Assembly (NCBI RefSeq): GCF_023055435.1
Contig: NW_025964024.1
Coordinates: 3,844,001 to 3,908,000, forward strand
Direction of reading: 5' to 3'
DNA length: 64,000 nt
Origin: Haliotis rufescens
Lineage: Eukaryota
Position 1 is the stretch's first letter. Every line of letters starts with the position of its first letter. The translations under genes and the position numbers were made by a program. Of this stretch, positions 25,150 through 38,410 are shown one piece after another. Below the pieces are notes generated by a model that worked only from the letters and a program-made list of their open reading frames with translations, made no database searches and was not told the DNA's origin.

Positions 25150-25461
25150 ACAGTGGTCTAGTGGATAGAGCGATTGCCCGGAGAGCAAAGGCCAGTGTTT
25201 CAATCCCCTTCCACATCACACCAAAAGGCCTCAAAGCTGGCACTTGTTGTAACCCTACATGACTCTCAGCAATAAAGGGATAAAAGGACTGGTCAGCTAG
25301 GAGTCAGTTCACCATGCCTAAGTCGGGTATCCATATTAAACTGCGACATGGTATCTCAATGGGCTAGCATAATAAAACTAAGACTAGTACAAGCAGCCAT
25401 ACACTCATGCATGCCTTTGCAATACAAGTGTCATAATCTTGAACGCAACATTAAACCTCAC
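25150..25461 (+). mobile_element. SINE family B, old diverged copy
   Basis: GTGGTCTAGTGG...GGACTGGTCAGCTAGGAGTCAG...CTAGTACAAGCAGCC. Confidence 0.8.
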
Positions 25462-26093
25462 AGGAGTACTGTGGACCTCTTCTACCCAGGTCTCCCCATG
25501 AGGTGTCGACAGTATGTAGAAAAGAATGTGTGAAGCTGAGAAAACAGACTAGCATGGCCAGTGAAGGATAACAATGTTCAGCCTCGGAGTAGCAGTGAAC
25601 ATGTTCAGGCGTAAAGTATTTCAATTAATGCTTTACAAAACAAATCAATAAGACCAGCGTTGCACCTGAGGTATGAAAAATACACAGTGTGAGAAAACAA
25701 GATCTGATATTGATATTATTTGTATGATCTGATGAAATATTGATCTCAACACCCCGGGCTCGGGCAATACACAGTCTTCCTCTTTTCAGGTGTAGTGCTG
25801 AAGAAGCCACTTTAATTTCATCGTTAATTGCTTCCTGCATTTTACAGTGTTGCTGAATATTGCATATATATATTGAATAAATTGAATATATTGAATAAAG
25901 AAACTTTCTTACAAAAACTATTTCTGTCTTGCCAACAAATTAAGCTGTTTTGGCGCACACATACACTAGACATATGAGAAACTGAATTAACATGCAAAGA
26001 AACTGAAATCTCAACATCAGAGTAACATAGAGAGAGCATATACCTGGTAAAGTTGGTTATTTACCACTAAGGATAATATCTGTATACAAAATG

Positions 26094-27810
26094 TAGGCAA
26101 CAAATTCAGTATGTGTTGTACATGTTGACAACAGATTCAGTCTAAGTTAAACATGTTGGCAACAGATTCAGTCTGTGTTTTACATGTTGGCAACAGATTC
26201 AGTCTGTGTTTTACATGTTGGCAACAGATTCAGTCTGTGTTAGACATGTTGGCAACAGATTCAGTCTGTGTTTTACATGTTGGCAACAGATTCAGTCTGA
26301 GTTTTACATGTTGGCAACAGATTCAGTCTGTGTTTTACATGTTGGCAACAGATTCAGTCTGTGTTTTACATGTTGGCAACAGATTCAGTCTGTGTTTTAC
26401 ATGTTGGCAACAGATTCAGTCTGTGTTAGACATGTTGGCAACAGATTCAGTCTGAGTTGTACATGTTGGCAACAGATTCAGTCCAGGTTAAACATGTTGG
26501 CAACAGATTCAGTCTGTGTTTTACATGTTGGCAACAGATTCAGTCTGTGTTTTACATGTTGACAACAGATTCAGTCTGTGTTTTACATGTTGGCAACAGA
26601 TTCAGTCTGTGTTTTACATGTTGGCAACAGATTCAGTCTGTGTTTTACATGTTGGCAACAGATTCAGTCTGAGTTGTACATGTTGGCAACAGATTCAGTC
26701 TGAGTTGTACATGTTGGCAACAAATTCAGTCTGTGTTGTACATGTTGACAACAGATTCAGTCTTAGTTAAACATGTTGGCAACAGATTCAGTCTGTGTTT
26801 TACATGTTGGCAACAGATTCAGTCTGAGTTGTACATGTTGGCAACAGATTCAGTCCAGGTTAAACATGTTGGCAACAATTTCAGTCTGTGTTTTACATGT
26901 TGGCAACAGATTCAGTCTGTGTTGTACATGTTGGCAACAGATTCAGTTCATGTTGTACACGAAGGCAACATATTCAGTCCATGTTGTACATGTTGGCAAC
27001 AGATTCAGTCTGTGTTGTACATGTTGGTAACAGATTTGGTCTATGTTGTACATGTTGGCAACAGATTCAGTCTGTGTTGTACATGTTGGCAACAGATTCA
27101 GTCTGTGTTGTACATGTTGGCAACAGATTCAGTCTAAGTTAAACATGTTGGCAACAGATTCAGTCTAAGTTAAACATGTTGGCAACAGATTCAGTCCATG
27201 TTGTACATGTTGGTAACAGATTCAGTCTGTGTTGTACATGTTGGCAACAGATTCAGTCTGTGTTGTACATGTTGGTAACAGATTTGGTCTATGTTGTACA
27301 TGTTGGCAACAGATTCAGTCTGTGTTGTACAATGTTGGCAACAGATTCAGTCCATGTTGTACATGTTGGCAACAGATTCAGTCTAAGTTAAACATGTTGG
27401 CAACAGATTCAGTCTAAGTTAAACATGTTGGCAACAGATTCAGTCCATGTTGTACATGTTGGTAACAGATTCAGTCTGTGTTGTACATGTTGGCAACAGA
27501 TTCAGTCTGTGTTGTACATGTTGGCAACAGATTCAGTCCATGTTGTACATGTTGGCAACAGATTCAGTCTAAGTTAAACATGTTGGCAACAGATTCAGTC
27601 CATGTTGTGCATGTTGGCAACAGATTCAGTCTGTGTTGTACATGTTGGCAACAGAGTCAATCTGTGTTTAATGTTGGCAACAGATTCAGTCAATGTTATA
27701 CATGTTGGCAACAGATTCAGTCCATGTTGTACATGTTGGCAACAGATTTGGTCCATGTTGTACATGTTGGAAGTAGATTCAGTTCATGTTGTACATGTTG
27801 GCAACAGATA
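26094..27810. repeat. 31-bp minisatellite, about 55 copies
   Basis: CATGTTGGCAACAGATTCAGTCTGTGTT(T/G)TA; period 31 (26152, 26183). Confidence 0.97.
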
Positions 27811-28294
27811 TAACATATTCATGCTAAACATGTCGCTAACAGATTCATGTTATATGTCGATAACAGAGTTATGCATTACATACTCCTATTTGATATATTT
27901 CGTATCCCCCAGACACCAGTAACCCATGACCTCCAGCAGTCAATGTCATGCTGCATGTCATGATGGCCTGACTTGGCCGAGTCATCATTCACACACGTTC
28001 CAGACAGTAGTTAGGGTGTTTTAATCAATACAGCACAATTAGTCAATAGATGAAGATGCAGGCAGGACATGGCTGGATGCAAGAAGCTCATGTAACAGTA
28101 GAATAGGCACCACGAAATGAATAAATAGTTCTCTTTGTCTCTGTATTCTCTCTAAAAACTAGAGCGAAACACTGTTATGAAAATTCCTCTCAAGGAGGGT
28201 AGGGTATATCATTCATCATACGTTTCACCAGTCTGTTCTTTGCATCTGGACATCACTGTTTAACTGTAAACATCAAACAATAGATCATATGCAG

Positions 28295-28399
28295 CACTGG
28301 CAGATCCAGGGGGGTGCTACCGGTGCGTCCTCCATCTTTTTTCAGACGCCTTACATGTTCACTGCACCCTCGGCAACCAAAATCGTGGATCCGCCTCTG
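28295..28399. mobile_element. Small hAT-like MITE
   Basis: CACTGGCAGATCCAG ... GTGGATCCGCCTCTG imperfect TIRs. Confidence 0.55.
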
Positions 28400-29480
28400 C
28401 GCAGCATGATGCAGCTGTTCATGTCAATCCTACCACCATCAGGTCTGAAGAGTTGCCATATTACGACAAGACAGACGAATGCCAAGCATCTCAATGAGAG
28501 GAATCAAACTCGACTGGTCAGCACAAAGAACAAAAGCAGCTACCAAGGGACTATCGGTCTGTCCTTAATTTAAACAAAACTTAACCATTTCAACAGAAAA
28601 TGCCCTGCAGGGGAAGTAATCAATATGTTGACATCTATTGAAATAAAACACCTCAGCATCAGCAGAGAAGACACATGATTCTGTCTAACATGAAAGCCAA
28701 TCAGAGTCAATTTCCAACAGCTTTTTTACAGCAAGCTCTGAAACAAAGCCAGCGTGATGAATCTGTAGGCAGTGTTGACAGAAACCTATATTCTGTGTGT
28801 CACATATTGATACACAAACAAAGATTTATCCGCCAACTTTCCAGGATGGTCAACTTCACCCTGCACAGAGTAACAGAAACACATCGCTCTGTCTCTCAAG
28901 TAATCAAATATTGATCTCAAAGTACCCATCAGGTAATAAATATGGAGAAACATCTCATTGAGAGACCCAGGCTCACACATCCTTTCACAAAAGGGGAAGA
29001 TATGTGATCTTTGGAAATCCATTTCTCTGCGGTGAACAATTTGTTCTTTTCTCTTCAAAGCCTTCAATGGATTCAAACTAAGATACTTGGGAGTTAATGT
29101 GTTCCTGTGTTTAACCGTTCCACACAAATCAAACCCAGCTGGGAACGCATTTCCTGGGTTCCCTTGTCACTAAGAAATGACTTCCGATGCAGTTGACACT
29201 GTAGTAGCAGGCCATTCTGGTGGCGTTCCGTATCAGCGGGATACTTTCCTCGTCTATCCTTTTCAGCATGTGTCCTGTGTGTTGTGGCAGTGTCTACCAA
29301 AGGTCACTCTTAACATGAAAACAATCTCAATAGATGTGAATAAAGCTGGCTTGAGTAGTTATTATACACTACTCAACTAATGATAGGGATATTATAACAA
29401 TAAGTGACATTTATAATGCAGCAAATTCCATATTCCGACTTTATGTCCATGGTGCTACAATATTATTACTTTCTTTCAAA

Positions 29481-29744
29481 CCTGTGAAGATCCGGGTTAG
29501 AAGAGGTCTTCAGCAACATATATTTCCTGTAAAAGGCGACTATGCTTGTTGTAAGAGGTGACCAACGGGATCGGGTGGTCAGGCTCGCTGACATGGTTGA
29601 TGCATAGCATTGTATCCCAATTTCGTGGATCGATGCTCATGATGTCAATCACTGGATTGTCTGGTCCAAGCTCGATTATCTATCAAAAAGCTGGAATAAT
29701 GCTGAGTGCAGCGTTAAACAACATGAAACAAACAAACAAACAAA
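29481..29744 (+). mobile_element. Headless Meta-domain-like SINE, family D
   Basis: Starts CCTGTGAAGATCCGGGTTAGAA, contains TAAGAGG(C/T)GAC, and ends GCTGGAAT..TGCTGAGTGC.GCGTTAAAC(AAAC)n. Confidence 0.88.
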
Positions 29745-29756
29745 CTTTCAATGGAA

Positions 29757-30274
29757 CAGTGTGCACTCAATTTCTTTCTCAGCTCCCTGGGGAGTATACA
29801 ACCGAAGGTAGCTGTGAGGTGCTAGAGTGAGTGAGTGAGTTGGGTTTAATGCCGCTTTTAACAGTATTCCAGTTATATCACGGGGTGTCAGCTTAATGTG
29901 GGAGGAAAGCCCGAAGTGATGCAGGTCTCAGACGTTTACCACTTCGGTGAAACCCACGAGCACAGGTATGGTGATGACAAACCTAGAAACATAATCGGGG
30001 CCAACCGGGAGTGAGGTGCTGGAAGGTTAACAGTCACATGACCATCTCATCCTACTGGGTACCCATTCACTGCTGGGTGAACGGAGGCAAGTTATGAACA
30101 AAGTCACTTGCCTGAGGAGATGCACCGCCGTGGGTATCAGTGTGGGGCAGGACCAAAGCCTTAGAAACTCTCAGGAATCAAGCATCCTAACACGGTCATC
30201 CATCTAGAGATTCCCCACAACATGTGCTTAACTTCACCCGATCTGGGACCTGTGCCACCACCAATATTCAGGCC
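29757..30274 (-). mobile_element. SINE family E, interrupted by family C
   Basis: Reverse strand reads GATCGGGTGAAGTTAAGCAC...TAGATGGATGACCG, then GCCTCCGTTCACCCAGCAGTGAATGGGTACC, then TATACTCCCCAGGGAGCTGAGA. Confidence 0.7.
29827..30010 (-). mobile_element. SINE family C, 5'-truncated, nested in a family E element
   Basis: TSD GTGAGGTGCT(A/G)GA at 29814-29826 and 30011-30023. Confidence 0.88.
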
Positions 30275-31476
30275 GGGACTGAAAGTGACTGATCACTGGG
30301 AGAAGTTGTCATACATTTAACATTGCCCTGGACCTCATTTGCCGGAGTAGTGAAACAAATCAGCAACTTATTTAACATTCCCTAAACTTTTGTAACTGTC
30401 TGTAATATCTTCATATCCCTAGAAAAAGTTGAGTAGTACATATTAAAGAATATATAAATTTTGTCATATCGTAAAATTTCACTGGTATCTCTAGAGGGTA
30501 ACTTACTTTCCATTTAAACAATATGATAAATATCTACTAATATTTATACTCGGATGACGTAATTGTTACAGTACAAAATATTCTTCTTGTTTAGCATAAA
30601 TATGTGTTATCAGGATCAAAAGCAAGTTCTACTGCAAAACCACTTTTTCACTGCACACAAAGACTGACATAAGCCAAACATTTACACTGTTTACAGTGCA
30701 GCCTTTCTGATCATGTGTTTCATGGAGCAGTAATTCCCAAGCAGGGAATAAAACTAAATGTTCGGAGAATTCAAAGAACTCTACACAGTATGTTTCCTTC
30801 ATCTTTAAAATCGTTATTTCCTCCTTCAAAGCAGATTGTTTTAGACCACTTAAAGATATTAAAAATAAGTCTTACAACTTTGTTTGAATTCCCTTTCAAC
30901 CCTGGTCTATAGTTCTTCTGTAAACCAAACAAGAAAAAATATCTGATTTTCTTCTTCTCTGAGAGGCCGTTTAGGAATTGACAAGAATACAGCAGGATAA
31001 GCATGTACATGTACATTTGTACAGCACTACAGCCTTGGAGGGGATAGGTCTGGGTTCACACTGTCATGTAAACCAGAATTAATATGTCAATGTTTTGTTT
31101 ATTTGTTTGTTTGTGTTTAATGCCACACTGGGCAACATTCATAAATTGTAAATAATCGAGTCTGGACCAGACAATCCAGTGATTGACATCGTGAGCATCA
31201 ATCTTGGGTACTTTAGCACATGGTATCCTATGTAAGCACATCATGGCTCCTGTTGACATTCAGTACAAGGTGGTTTCACTAGATTAGTGTTATCCACTTG
31301 TGACAGTACACTAACTACAGCACTAAACACCACTAAATACAAAACAGACATAAACACAGCACTTAATAGAACACTGCAACATCATTAAATACATAACGAA
31401 ACACAGTACAGATTTAAATCCAGCCCTAGACACTAAACACAGTACAAGACATCACCAAACACCTGACACTGACTAC

Positions 31477-32499
31477 TAGTGGTGTAAAGATACATCGAAC
31501 TATCGATTGATTGCGATTGCTTGTCTCATGATAGTACACTATCGATTGCAACTTGAAACAATCGATACTACTGGTGATAGTTTGTCTTACTATCGAGGTT
31601 TCGATAGTTAATTTGTTTGGTACATTTACTTTCTTAAAAAACATAGAAACAACTCCTATGATCATCTAATCTCTGTCGTGCTTTCGTTTGGATTGCACTA
31701 CTTTGTCTGCTTGATTTAGAGTTACGTCCCTTAGCTACTCGTTGCTAGGCAACATTGACAAGATGGCAGACGCCACATGTCAGTTTGAAATTGTCGCCAA
31801 TAAGGCAGGCAAATCATGGGTATGGGACCATTTTGGCAAAACGAGACAGACAAGCAAAAAGTAAGTTGTAGAATCTGTCGGATAATTCTAAAGTATTCAG
31901 GAAATACTACTAATCTGACCGACCACTTGACAAGACGGCACCCAGATATTCGTGCACGTGAAAAAGGGGGATCCCGGTCTTCAGTCAGTGGTAGTGCCAG
32001 TACCTTGACGCCTATGATGAGTCTGTCTACTTTTATGCAACTTTTGTCAACTTTGTTTCCTAATTGATATGTTGAATCGCATTTAGTCATTCAGTGAATG
32101 CCAATGTGACAATTAAAGAGTTTGACAGTTTGTATAGTCAAATACTAGTCATTCAATCACATTCATTCACATTGGTGCTAAAATACTGCAGTAACCTAAG
32201 ACTTTACCAGTTACATGAAGTGAAATTTTGTATTAAAATGTTTTTGATAGGGTCAATTTGAACTTGTTTTCTTTTCATTTCTTGTTTTCCTTACAAATAG
32301 TATCAGAAAGTTATAATTATTTTGATGGTGTCAGTCAAAATGCTGAAATATATGCTGCTAAAGCCTGCTATAATTGCAAGTGAAAACTATTGCAATACTA
32401 TCGCAATAGTAGGGCCACTATCACAATAGTATCGCAATAGTTGTTTTAACTATCGCAATAGTATTGCAATAGTCAAAAATGCCTCAATAGTCACCCCTA
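31477..32499 (+). mobile_element. Internally deleted hAT transposon
   Basis: TIRs TAGTGGTG / CACCCCTA, perfect 8-bp TSD CTGACTAC (31469-31476, 32500-32507), and subterminal TATCG(A/C) repeats at both ends. Confidence 0.9.
31763..31945 (+). pseudogene. Frameshifted BED zinc-finger N-terminus of a hAT transposase
   Basis: MADATCQFEIVANKAGKSWVWDHFGK, then a frameshift near 31850, then KVSCRICRIILKYSGNTTNLTDHLTRRHP. This fits the zf-BED pattern W..F...CxxC...YSGNT.NL..HL...H. Confidence 0.88.
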
Positions 32500-33021
32500 C
32501 TGACTACATCATAGGTTGTCAATTCACTTGTTGAAAATGCCTCACATAATTCTCTGTAAAAGGTATCTGGGTCAAGAGACAATTCAGGAGACCATCCTAA
32601 TGCATTTACTTAAATTCCACAAACCATATCCGTCACACTACGCTCCAATAAGCACTCACTGGCCAACATCTAGACCGGTCCATAAGTAATCTTTATAATC
32701 GCCTCTACAAAGACCTTAAATGTCCATGACATTTCTTGTCTACATAACAGATTTGTTTACAAAACTCCAGAGCAGAAGGGGTGTATAATTGCCATGTAAC
32801 TATTATCGTAACGTCATGGTCTCGTCTGTTTGAACTAAGTGACTCGGTGTTAATGACTATAATAAGTACCCCCTTTGTCAATTGTACCAAAGTACAGAAT
32901 GGTATATATAGGCCTAATAAGAATAATTCTGTTTTTAAAATAATGGTAATTACTGTCATTTTGAGAGTAAAGTAAAGAATGATCTCTCCTATTTTACATC
33001 AGATTCATATTCACAATAAGG

Positions 33022-33340
33022 TGAGGTGAAATTGGGTTTAACGTCGCGTCCAAGATTATTGCACTTAAATAGGGACGTGCATGCACGTGTGTGTGTGGGG
33101 GGGCTGCTTGTACTAGTCCGGACTGATGCCGATTTATAGTGCTAGCTCACTGAGATACATGAACATGAATACCCCACTCAGACACAGTACACTGACTCCG
33201 AGCCGACCAGTCCTCGTTTTAGCCCCTTAATGCCGAGCGCCAGACAGGGTAACAACAAGTACCATCTTTAAACGTCTTTTGGTATGACGCGGCCAAGGAT
33301 CGAGCCTGGGACCTTCCCCTCTTTGGGCAGACGCTCTACC
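33022..33340 (-). mobile_element. SINE family B, slightly 5'-truncated
   Basis: Colinear with 16447-16791; TSD TCACAATAAGG. Confidence 0.9.
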
Positions 33341-34150
33341 TCACAATAAGGGAAATGGACTCTGTCAATACTGATTTACAATTAAACTTTCCTCTGTACC
33401 TCAGAAATATATCCATCAATGGCCTAAACCTTATCCAGAAACATCCATGGCAATGTGCTCCATACAAAACTAATATCTTTATACAATCCGTCTGATTTGC
33501 TGTACACCTAATCTGACCCGAATGCCCTTCTTCATGACTGAGTCCTGTCACTCGTATTAGGTCAATAACATTTAAGCTATTGAGCCGAGTCACTGGGTGG
33601 ACCAAAACCAGAAATCTTCCACCATTCTGGCAGTAATGGCCATGACCTTGGTACTATGGCAGAAATAATGAAGAAATCTCAAACAACAAAACTGTCATTG
33701 GTTCAGCCTGCCCGCTCTCCAACATCATTACAATCCCCTACAACTGATCACACAAACAAGCGAACAATTCAATTGCACTCTCTGGTCCAATAGAGACTTG
33801 CATCCGAAAACCATTACGGTCGAGAGAAGGAAAACGGTTGTTTCAGCTGACACGTAAAGTAGCTGTTTGCAGAGGGAGCCTTTAACTCATCTCAGGTTGG
33901 GTTTGTGGTAGTGTATTCTTTATTTCACAAAACAACTGCTCCTATTCCAGACTAATGAAATTATACTGATTAACTTGTTGAGGTTTTTAGGTTCTTTTTC
34001 AAATGTTTATTCAAATAAATTGGCAACGTTTCAAGAAAGACGAGCACATTCTCCCATTGATCCTTGGTATGATGTGGAATAACAACCAGACAGAATTTCA
34101 ATCAGTCTGAAATGCTAGTCTGTCGTTTTGGTGAACACTCTTCTGCTCTA

Positions 34151-34295
34151 GTGAGAGTATGGTTTTACGCCGCTTTTAGCAATATTCCAGCAATATCACG
34201 GCAGGGGACACACATTGTACCCATGTCAGGAATTAAACCCGGGTCTTCGGCGTGACATGCGAACGCTTTAACCACAAGGCTACCCGACCGCCCCT
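34151..34295 (-). mobile_element. SINE family A (short internal deletion)
   Basis: TSD CTCTTCTGCTCTA. Confidence 0.9.
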
Positions 34296-34493
34296 CTCTT
34301 CTGCTCTAAGACGATCTATGACTTCATCTATAAAATCATAGATATACAATATTTAATTCAGCTTTTTAAATCAACATATCTGGAGCTTGGAGATATGGTT
34401 AATTATATTCATTATTTTAGGGTCAACAAAATGTTTCCAACTTAGCACCGATCTGATTCCAGCTTGTTCAAGTACTCTTCCTTCTCATTCATG

Positions 34494-34647
34494 GGTGAGT
34501 ATGGTTTTACACCGCTTCTAGCAATATTCTAGCAATATCCCAGTTCGGGGACTCCAGAAATGGGCTTCACACATTGTAATTATGTGGGGAATCAGTCCCG
34601 GGTCCTCGCCATGATGAGCAAATACATTAACCACTAGGCTACCCTCT
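34494..34647 (-). mobile_element. SINE family A (diverged)
   Basis: TSD TCATTCATG. Confidence 0.85.
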
Positions 34648-34985
34648 TCATTCATGAAAACATTTGTTCAAATGGATTGCAATATGAAAGATAGCAATGC
34701 TGAAAAACATATAAACAATGGAGTGATGTGATGCAAGAGAAATTTAGTTGACATTTATATTCATCGGTTTTATTTGAACTGGAAGCTAGTTTGATGGACC
34801 AGACACTGGGAATGCCGAGTAGTCCACTATTGGGCATCCACTAATCCTTGCAGGTTCATGGAAAAATAAACGCCAAAACAAACTGCTTGGTTAGCCCTTG
34901 AATCACTTGCAATTTACTTTTTCACAAATAAACTCATTTTACATTCTGTCATGAATGGTGTTACCAACATCCAATAAACAAACTA

Positions 34986-35338
34986 CCGTATTCGACGTAA
35001 TAAGCGCCCACAGCGATACTTGCTAATATATTGGCTAGTGAACACTCCCAATAAGCACCCCTTCCGATTGATCAATGTACACAAGACTTATCTATTCATG
35101 TATAATACGCATTCTTGTATTATATGCACCCTTACTTTTGGCAATTAGATTCTGGGAAATATATCTGTCATGTATAATATGCACATACTTTTCTTTTGTA
35201 TCGTTTCAGTCTGTCAGCATAAACCACGAAATTTACGATGTTTCAACTCTGTTTTTTTCTCACCAAAATTATATTCTAATAAGAGCCCCCTATTCCCAAT
35301 TTTGAGAGCGCCCCAGGTGCTTATTACCTCGAATACAG
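34986..35338 (+). mobile_element. Tc1/mariner-type MITE, same family
   Basis: Same TIRs, TA TSD and homologous interior. Confidence 0.88.
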
Positions 35339-36787
35339 TAAACTACTTGAAAAGGATGTGGCCTTATTTCATAAACTTATTATAACGTGGGATATTCTTC
35401 TTGGTGCATTATCAACTTTCCAACTGCTGAAAGTCAATTTATAAAAATTATCAAAACATATTTTATATCCTCATTGAAATGAATACAAATGTCATAAACC
35501 TTCAGTCAAATTAATTTTACCGAACTCTTACGATAAATAATTTCTTTGTTATAAAAACTATTCCCTTCTATCAAAATCCTTTCAAATAAAAATAAATTAA
35601 TAAATAAATTAAAGTAAATGTTCTATGTTATTGTTGAATAAATACGTAATCAAGGTAATATCCAGAAAGATAGCTGTCATTATTTATCAGGTACGTACAT
35701 AGCATTAAGGACATTACAGAGATCATAAAGACATCACATGCCTCCTCCATGACAGGACAAAACACAACAGTGTCATAGATCAATACCGCTTCATAAAACT
35801 GAAATATCGTTAAACAAGACTATAATATCAACCGAGGCAGAATAAGTTGTCCTGAATCACCAATGCTTGATTTGACGTCAACTGAAGACACACGGTGATG
35901 ATGTCAACTGCGGCAACAGGTGGCCGCCATCCCATCATCTCGCCACGTCTGTACGTCTACGTCAGTATGTACGCCTATGCTGATGTCATGTCAACTATAG
36001 CAATCAATTTTGCAAAATGACTGACCATAAATAGTCCTGTCAAGGCTTGAGTGATGGGTCGACTTTGTGATGTACATCAAGGAGACCCACAAAGGGGGAA
36101 ATCTATATACAAGTGTGTTATCAATTGAACCAACCCCAAGCCAACAGGACGTAAAAATTCATAATTGATCACGGTTAATATCAGTCTTGATTAGTGATAA
36201 ATTGTGTGTATATTTAACCATTAAAAAATTGAAATTGTTAATAAAAAGCTCCTGTGGTTAGATATTTTACATGACACTTATGACAAATCATGACTTTGTT
36301 ATTGCCGATTAATCATTGAGCACAATGAGAAAATCACTACGAGGTGGTGTTCTAACAATCCATCAACCATTTATCACAAGACGTCAACACATTAGGGAAA
36401 TGAAATCAGTTCAAACAAACCCCAGCTGGTTGTGTGCGCATTCAGCTGTAATAACAATGTTTCTGCTCATCTATCAATATGTTCCGCTTCCTGCAACTTG
36501 CCAATTTGGTCTTGAAATTCCATTCAGATCAAAACTACTCTTTCTTAAAGAAAAACCCCATAAAAACTGAATCAAAGTAGGAAACAGAAAAAGGAGACAT
36601 GGTATTAACTTAGGTCAAATTAATCTGTCAGGTATTGAAATAAGAATTCATTTGAGAGATTTCAAAGATATCAATACTTCTATCAGCTGAAAGGCTTTCC
36701 TTTCCACACAAGTCAAAATGGTCAAAATGATAAGTAAAGTTCATTCACAATTACAATGTCAATGACACGTGTCTAAACAGTTATTAA

Positions 36788-36905
36788 GGGACTGGAAATT
36801 TATTATTGGGGTTGTGGGGAGATTATGGGGGGGGGTAGTCAGCAAAATATAATATTGTCCTCATCTCACCCCATCAGCCACCCACTCTAATAAATGACCA
36901 GTCCC
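36788..36905. mobile_element. Small PIF/Harbinger-type MITE
   Basis: TAA|GGGACTGG ... CCAGTCCC|TAA. Confidence 0.65.
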
Positions 36906-36976
36906 TAAAACAAAAAATATTCATAATCTAACTAAAGCTAGATGAATCATCGTTACCATTGAATTAGCCCTTGCAA

Positions 36977-37519
36977 AGGGCCCTCCATCTTCCCGAGGCA
37001 CAGGAGTTAACTGACTTTAAAAGTCCAGTTTCCACCCTTGCCGAACTAGGCTGGAATTACTGGGCTTGATCGTAGCGCCACCAGTGGCTATTACCAGTTA
37101 TGTCCCTTCTAAGCCTCTCCTATGGACCAATCAGATTCCACTTCTTGTATCGCTTGTGTCTGCTTCACACAAAATGGCGGAGCCAAGTCAGGACGATCTG
37201 ATCTATAATCGACGGGTCTTACAACGCGAAATGCATCAAATCGCGTGAGCACCTTGATTAAAAACATGAAAATAATAGGAAAATATCTGTTGACAACGAG
37301 TTGGCCGTGCACATGCTTTGCAAATCTGGCAATTGACCGAAATCAGCACGACAGTTTCCTAACCGGATTTCGATTTCGGTGCACAATTTTGATTGGACTA
37401 TACATAGACTCATTAGTCCAGCCAAAATGTAACTCCATAATACCAGCCTAGTTCGGCAAGGATGGAAACTGGACTTTTATAGTCAGTTAACTCTCTTGCC
37501 TCGGGAAGCTGAGGGCCCT
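36977..37519. mobile_element. Non-autonomous TIR element with ~80-bp inverted repeats, superfamily unassigned
   Basis: AGGGCCCTC...TTCCCGAGGCA...GAGTTAACTGACT.TAAAAGTCCAGTTTCCA.CCTTGCCGAACTAGGCTGG is mirrored at the right end. Confidence 0.85.
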
Positions 37520-37965
37520 CTAATCATACATGTTATTTCCAAGATATTTGTGGTATGGGTCGTCCTTGCCGTGATGAAGCCTGCCTCAAAAAATACCCCT
37601 TGATGATGAGGGAATCAATAAACTAACCTCATCAACTAACATTTTACTATCCTTCCAACCAATTCATTTTTTGATCTAACACAAAAATAATCAGTCATAT
37701 AGTTTCACGGACAATCTAACTGTCATTACGACTGTGTTCTGTTTGATATACGTTTTCGTGAATGTACACCATTAGCGAGGAAGCTTCCCCGATCAATGCA
37801 GCAGATTATTAGGATCTTCAGTTGGCTTGGTCCTGTGATGGACAGACTATTGATGAGGAGGCCATTGGTGTGCTTTTGATTAGAAAAATCTATTTCACCT
37901 TCAAAACAAATCATGAACTTCAGATAACCAAATAATATCTGACATAAACATGGAACCAGCACACA

Positions 37966-37998
<33 letters not shown>

Positions 37999-38100
37999 GG
38001 TGACGATGATGATGATGGTGGTGACAACGATGATGACAATGACGACGATGATGATGATGGTGGTGATGGTTGTTATGATAACGATGACAACGACAATGAT
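37966..38100. repeat. Imperfect (GAT/GAC/GGT)n microsatellite
   Basis: Direct reading. Confidence 0.9.
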
Positions 38101-38149
38101 TGTATTGATTCAGATTCAGTGATGCTGTTGTCTGACAACTGTCAGTCTC

Positions 38150-38410
38150 AGTAATACTGTTTCTAGCCAGCCAGTTCAAGGAAAACTTTGCCCGACAACC
38201 GTCTCAATTATACTGTTTTCTGACAACTTTAACAATGATACTGTTTTCTGACAACTGTCTCAATGATACTGTTTCCTGACAACTGTTTCAATGATACTGT
38301 TATCTGACAACTTTAACAAAGACACTCAATGATACTGTTTTCTGACAACTGTCTCCATGATACTGTTTTCTGACAACTGTCTCAATGATACTGTTATCTG
38401 ACAACTGTCA
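38150..38410. repeat. 28-bp minisatellite
   Basis: CAATGATACTGTTTTCTGACAACTGTCT units. Confidence 0.85.

Noticed and set aside
26094-27810. CRISPR-like appearance and many short ORFs (also at 48450-50417)
   Set aside because: Head-to-tail repeats without unique spacers, no cas genes, and a eukaryotic intron context.
37901-38179. Poly-His ORF
   Set aside because: Translation of a (GAT)n microsatellite.
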